From the IMG/VR virus record IMGVR_UViG_3300020463_003402: DNA of 20,000 nt; one strand, given 5' to 3'. Position numbers and translations under genes: made by a program. The stretch is from an uncultured virus (IMG/VR IMGVR_UViG_3300020463_003402) (taxonomy: Duplodnaviria; Heunggongvirae; Uroviricota; Caudoviricetes). The notes under the pieces were generated by a model. It searched no databases. It saw nothing but the letters and a program-made list of their open reading frames with translations, and was not told where the DNA came from. Positions 16,057 to 20,000 of the stretch are shown piece by piece (within the stretch, counting starts at the first letter, position 1; every line of letters begins with the position of its first letter).

Positions 16057-18080
16057 TGCTTTCTTCAATTAAATATGACTTAACGTTCTCGAACGGCAAA
16101 ACAATTAAAAACGAGTTGGAACTAAATGCAGGTTCAACCTTGATCACCGGCGCGAACGGCAAAGGTAAATCACTTAACTTTGAAATGGTAGGCTTTGCCC
16201 TCTTTGGTAACAAAGCACTTCGCGGCATTGCTGGCGATTACAAGCGAATGAAGGTAGAGGTTGTTATTGCTATCAATGGCGAGACGTACACTATCAGCCG
16301 TACCAAATCTAAGTCTGAAGTCTTTCATAAAAATGAGCCTATCGTAAGTGGTACCAAGCCTGTAAATCAGTGGGTAGTTAGAACCCTGGGTTATGGTTTT
16401 GATGTGTTCCGAATTGCTCACTGGTGCGCTCAAGGCGATATACAAGCGCTTGCGGATATGCGCCCAACTGAACGTAAACAAATGATTGATTCGGTAGCTG
16501 GCCTTACGCAGATGGATGGGCTTGCTAATAATATGGCCGGAGAGATTAGAGAACTGCGTGCGGTTATCGACACTCACAAAAAGAACTTGGTAGAACCCGT
16601 GGCGCCGACTCAACCTCAAACTCCTAAGGCCGATATAGAGAATGCGTTATCGACGTATAAAACAAGTCTTGAGAACTGGTTAACGGCAAAAGCGGTCTCG
16701 GTACCAGCGGAGCCAACAAAACCTGTACAACCCGAAGAGCCGATTTACCCAGAAAAACCACAGCTTTTATCGCCTACGATGAAAGCCCCTGAGTTCCCGA
16801 CGTTAACTAACGGTATACCAAGTACAGTATCCCAGTTAACCACCGTGGAACTGAACCTTCAGAATAACCTTGATAAAGCGGTGAAGGTTGAAGCTGAGTT
16901 CTTGCGTCTAGAAGCGCAATGCAAGCCTTGTGAACCTAACGCCGAGTGGCCAGAAATAGGAGAGCTTTATGAAGCTTGGGCCGAACACGAGCGTTATACT
17001 CGTATCCAAGAGCTCAAGGCGTCACACACGATTGAGTGTCCTAAATGTAACCATCACTTCCATTTATCAGCAGAGATTGCAGAACTGGAAAAATTACGTT
17101 TAAGGGAAAAGGCCCCGAGCTTAACCATTAAGCAATGGAATGATATCGCTGCCCAAATTGAAATAAACAAGAGGCATGACACGGTATTAGAAGAGCTGCA
17201 GAGCTTAAATATTGATGATTTGAGAACCGCGCTTCATGAAGTTCGCACGGCTAAGTCTGCAATACTGCAGTTTGAGAAAGAGAACAAGGACTATAAGAGC
17301 CATGTATCTAATATTTCTCAGATGAACGACCAGCAAATTAAAAACTGGGAAGGTACCTGTAAGCGGATTAAAGACCAGTTTGATAACCAGATGCGGATGT
17401 ATGATAGTCAAGCAACGCATTTTGAAGGTCTGAAGCAAGCGTATGGTGAAGCTAAAGCGAATTATGACCAAGCGCAAGAAACGCTTAACAGTATTACACA
17501 GCAATTCCCTGAGAATACTGAAGCGACCTTACGTAATGTCATTAGCCAGCTAGAGTCGGCCCGTCAAGAATGGGCGAACTACGAGCACCTTTCGGGGCAG
17601 TACGAACAGGCTTTGGCCACCTATAATAAAAGTATTGAGGGTGTAGCTGCCGAGGAAGAGCGTTTATCGGAACTGTCTCGGGCCCGTGAAGCACTGAAAG
17701 TGGTGAAAGCTAAGGTTCAGAGTCACCTACTACCTTCACTTAATAAAGTGGCCTCGATGCTTATGAGTGAAATGACGGGTGGCGAATTCCAGTCCGTTGA
17801 AGTGGGACAGGATTTCGAGGTTGTTGTTGATGGCCAGCCGCTAAGAACGCTATCGGGTTCGGGTAAAGACCTTGCTAATTTAACCCTACGTATCGGTTTA
17901 GGTCGTATTTTGACTCACCGTGTATTACCTTTAATGATGTTAGACGAGATTGATAGCGCGATGGACGACACACGAGCCAGCTTCACATGGCAATGTATCC
18001 AACGTATCACACCTCATATCGGACAGGTTTTACAGGCATCACATAAAGAACTAGATGCCGAGAACCGCGTAGCTGTTTAA
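16056..18080 (+). CDS. sbcC: SbcC/Rad50-like SMC ATPase
   Basis: Walker A GANGKGKS, Q-loop AQG, central Zn hook CPKC (17037-17048), signature LSGSG, Walker B/D-loop MMLDEIDSAMD, H-loop SH. Confidence 0.9.
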   Translation: MLSSIKYDLTFSNGKTIKNELELNAGSTLITGANGKGKSLNFEMVGFALFGNKALRGIAGDYKRMKVEVVIAINGETYTISRTKSKSEVFHKNEPIVSGTKPVNQWVVRTLGYGFDVFRIAHWCAQGDIQALADMRPTERKQMIDSVAGLTQMDGLANNMAGEIRELRAVIDTHKKNLVEPVAPTQPQTPKADIENALSTYKTSLENWLTAKAVSVPAEPTKPVQPEEPIYPEKPQLLSPTMKAPEFPTLTNGIPSTVSQLTTVELNLQNNLDKAVKVEAEFLRLEAQCKPCEPNAEWPEIGELYEAWAEHERYTRIQELKASHTIECPKCNHHFHLSAEIAELEKLRLREKAPSLTIKQWNDIAAQIEINKRHDTVLEELQSLNIDDLRTALHEVRTAKSAILQFEKENKDYKSHVSNISQMNDQQIKNWEGTCKRIKDQFDNQMRMYDSQATHFEGLKQAYGEAKANYDQAQETLNSITQQFPENTEATLRNVISQLESARQEWANYEHLSGQYEQALATYNKSIEGVAAEEERLSELSRAREALKVVKAKVQSHLLPSLNKVASMLMSEMTGGEFQSVEVGQDFEVVVDGQPLRTLSGSGKDLANLTLRIGLGRILTHRVLPLMMLDEIDSAMDDTRASFTWQCIQRITPHIGQVLQASHKELDAENRVAV

Positions 18081-18087
18081 CTTTTAT

Positions 18088-18114
18088 AGGCTGGTGAAAG
18101 CCAGCCTTTGATTT
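18088..18114 (+). terminator. Probable intrinsic terminator
   Basis: AGGCTGG-TGAAAG-CCAGCCT followed by TTGATTT. Confidence 0.55.
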
Positions 18115-18127
18115 GGAAATTGATTTT

Positions 18128-18349
18128 ATGATAGAGAAACCACGCTTTAAAGTCCCTTACTGTAAATACTGCTATGAGTATGCGACGGTAACTCAGCAAG
18201 CACCAATCCGAGGGCCTTTCGAAAAGATAACTAAAAACGACGATGCTGTTGTTTTTGAGAGCGTTTGTTTTGACCACGTTAGAAACGCTCACGATGCTTT
18301 AACCTTCAGATTCGATAACCTCGCATGTTCTAGGGATTTGTGGTTATGA
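18128..18349 (+). CDS. Small CxxC...CxxH putative Zn-binding protein, paralog 1
   Basis: MIEKPRFKVPYCKYCYEYATV...VCFDH; leader variant GGAAATTGATTTTATG 18115-18130. Confidence 0.75.
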   Translation: MIEKPRFKVPYCKYCYEYATVTQQAPIRGPFEKITKNDDAVVFESVCFDHVRNAHDALTFRFDNLACSRDLWL

Positions 18350-18519
18350 AAGATAAACCTCACTTCAAAGTCCGCTACTGTAAATACTGTAATGAGTATG
18401 CGACGGTGAAACAACCCGCTCCGCCAGATTACGTAACGGATGGGCCACTTGCAATGCAGCAAACGAGAGCATGGGAACTTGTGTGTAAAGACCACGAACG
18501 GAACCCACTCCCTTTGTAA
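18346..18519 (+). CDS. Small CxxC...CxxH putative Zn-binding protein, paralog 2 (57 aa, absent from the ORF track)
   Basis: ATGA overlap; MKDKPHFKVRYCKYCNEYATVKQPAPPDYVTDGPLAMQQTRAWELVCKDHERNPLPL*. Confidence 0.8.
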   Translation: MKDKPHFKVRYCKYCNEYATVKQPAPPDYVTDGPLAMQQTRAWELVCKDHERNPLPL

Positions 18520-18536
18520 GCTAACTTTTAAAATTT

Positions 18537-18552
18537 GGAAATTGACGATATG
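18537..18552 (+). promoter_or_regulatory. Leader motif variant GGAAATTGACGATATG
   Basis: Ends in ATG 18550. Confidence 0.8.
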
Positions 18553-18798
18553 ACGAACTCAGCTAATGATAACTACCCTGTTGCTATTAATGTGACTACT
18601 AGCCTAAGAACCGTACCACTCACTAAATATTGTGAACTGTCTGGTGAAGACATAGAAACGGTACGACAGAGAATTAAACGCGGACACTGGGTAAAGGGCG
18701 TACATGCTATTAAGCCACCCCATATTCGCGAACTTTGGATTGACTTAGAAGCGGTAGAACAATGGATAAGAAATGGGGGCAGCTCCCTCGCGGGGTAA
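18550..18798 (+). CDS. xis: Excisionase / recombination directionality factor (winged-helix)
   Basis: VPLTKYCELSGE...VRQRIKRGHWVKGVH...LWIDLEAVEQWI; directly upstream of and overlapping the integrase. Confidence 0.8.
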   Translation: MTNSANDNYPVAINVTTSLRTVPLTKYCELSGEDIETVRQRIKRGHWVKGVHAIKPPHIRELWIDLEAVEQWIRNGGSSLAG

Positions 18799-20000
18799 CT
18801 ATTCGGCCTGGGGCCAAAGAAGACCGTATTCAAATTAACTTCGAATATAAAGGGGTTCGCTGCCGCGAACTCCTTAAGGTTCCAGTCAACAAATCAAATA
18901 TCAAATACGCGGGTAACTTACGCGGTGAGATATTAAATAAGATTGAGCGTGAAACTTTCCGATACGCGGACTACTTCCCAAGCTCACCAAAGCTAAAAAT
19001 ATTCGGTGGCGCGGTAGCGTGGGGCAAGACCGTTGAAGCGTACTTGGAGGAATATATTGAGAGCGTCAAGAAACGGGGGCTCTCACCTTCCACGATTAAA
19101 GGCTACGAAAAACTGAAGACGTCGGTTAAGGAACTCCACCCTATTCCTGTGACCGAGCTCTCGCCGCAAGTTTTGAAAAGCTTCGTTCTCAAGTCTGGGA
19201 ACTCACCTAAAACCCTGCGAAACAAATTCAGCTTTTTACGTACTGCGCTGGCCGAAGCTGTGACTGACGGACTGGTACCGACCAACCCTATTGATGGGGT
19301 GAAGCTTTCTAACTACGTTGAAAAAGATAACAAGGTAGATTTAGACGGTGGCCACGACGATATTGACCCGTTTACTCCACAAGAAGTTGAAGCAATCTAT
19401 GAGCATTGCAGACCGGAAGAACTAAATATTGTTGAGTTGGTTTTCAATACAGGGATGCGGCCTAGTGAATGGTCGGCGCTTAAGTGGAACGAGGTTGATT
19501 TCATTCACAACACCTTAGTCGTTAAAGCGGCCATTGTGCATAACGAGATCAAGGGTCCAAAATCGAAAGCCGGTAAACGTGCCATACCTTTAAATGAAAG
19601 CGCGATGAATGCCCTTAACCGGCAAAGAGAACTTTCCTATCTGGGTCGAGGTTTTGTGTTCCCTAAAAACTTAAAGTTTGGAATGGAACTGCCAGAGGGG
19701 GAGTTGAACCGGATAAACCCAGACTCATTTCGTAAACACAAATGGAGTCGAATTCTTACCGCGGCAAAAGTAAGATACCGCTACCCTTACCAAATGCGTC
19801 ACACTTTCGCGACTCGACATATTAGTGAGGGAATTAACTTGTGGCAGTTGGCAAATTGGATGGGCCACTCTTCGCCAGAAATGCTATTTCGACACTACGG
19901 TAAATTCATCGAGGATTACGAGAAAAAAATCCAAAATGACACGAGTGCGGCACGAGACACCAATGGCACAAACAAAAAACCAAGCTTATCAGCTATTTAG
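18762..20000 (+). CDS. int: Tyrosine integrase with N-terminal arm-binding domain (DUF3596-type)
   Basis: PRGVTIR..IQINFEYKGVRCRE arm domain; catalytic TGMRPSE (R), PKSK (K), YQMRH, MGH, HYG (Y); TAG at 19998-20000. Confidence 0.95.
   Translation: MDKKWGQLPRGVTIRPGAKEDRIQINFEYKGVRCRELLKVPVNKSNIKYAGNLRGEILNKIERETFRYADYFPSSPKLKIFGGAVAWGKTVEAYLEEYIESVKKRGLSPSTIKGYEKLKTSVKELHPIPVTELSPQVLKSFVLKSGNSPKTLRNKFSFLRTALAEAVTDGLVPTNPIDGVKLSNYVEKDNKVDLDGGHDDIDPFTPQEVEAIYEHCRPEELNIVELVFNTGMRPSEWSALKWNEVDFIHNTLVVKAAIVHNEIKGPKSKAGKRAIPLNESAMNALNRQRELSYLGRGFVFPKNLKFGMELPEGELNRINPDSFRKHKWSRILTAAKVRYRYPYQMRHTFATRHISEGINLWQLANWMGHSSPEMLFRHYGKFIEDYEKKIQNDTSAARDTNGTNKKPSLSAI

Larger units (their letters stand above)
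1..20000 (+). mobile_element. Temperate phage/prophage replication-recombination-integration region
   Basis: All credible genes are co-oriented and tightly packed or overlapping (TAATG, ATGA, GTGA junctions). Many small hypotheticals, phage-type PolA, primase-helicase, SbcCD, orphan MTases and terminal xis-int. No structural genes in the window. Confidence 0.9.

Noticed and set aside
437..19279. Frequent GGTACC sites (roughly 14 by eye)
   Set aside because: All lie within coding sequence and many are Gly-Thr or Val-Pro codon pairs. Codon bias is sufficient and there is no positional pattern.
488..19285. All minus-strand ORFs and the nested plus-strand ORFs 5621..5845 and 15592..15777
   Set aside because: They are shadows of well-supported plus-strand genes, with no recognisable motifs.

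Overview
Single-orientation (+ strand) replication/recombination arm of a temperate phage or prophage, probably of a gammaproteobacterium (it carries RdgC and a FinO/ProQ-domain gene). Gene order: partial ORF, NPPF-type adenine MTase, a mosaic cluster of small hypothetical/coiled-coil/Zn-finger genes, rdgC, family A DNA polymerase, DEDDh exonuclease, MazG-like NTP pyrophosphatase, AEP-primase/UL9-like SF2 helicase fusion, ProQ/FinO protein, RecU-like PD-(D/E)xK nuclease, a second small MTase, SbcD/SbcC (Mre11/Rad50) pair, two tandem paralogous CxxC..CxxH proteins, excisionase, tyrosine integrase. The strongest unexplained signal is a 15-nt leader, AGGAAATTGACGATG (SD + fixed spacer + start codon). 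It occurs exactly 5 times and as 6 variants, always at gene starts and often after a hairpin or a U-rich tract, in an element that encodes its own RNA chaperone. Extended copies also bracket accessory genes like cassette boundaries. All functional calls come from motif reading by eye; no database searches were run.
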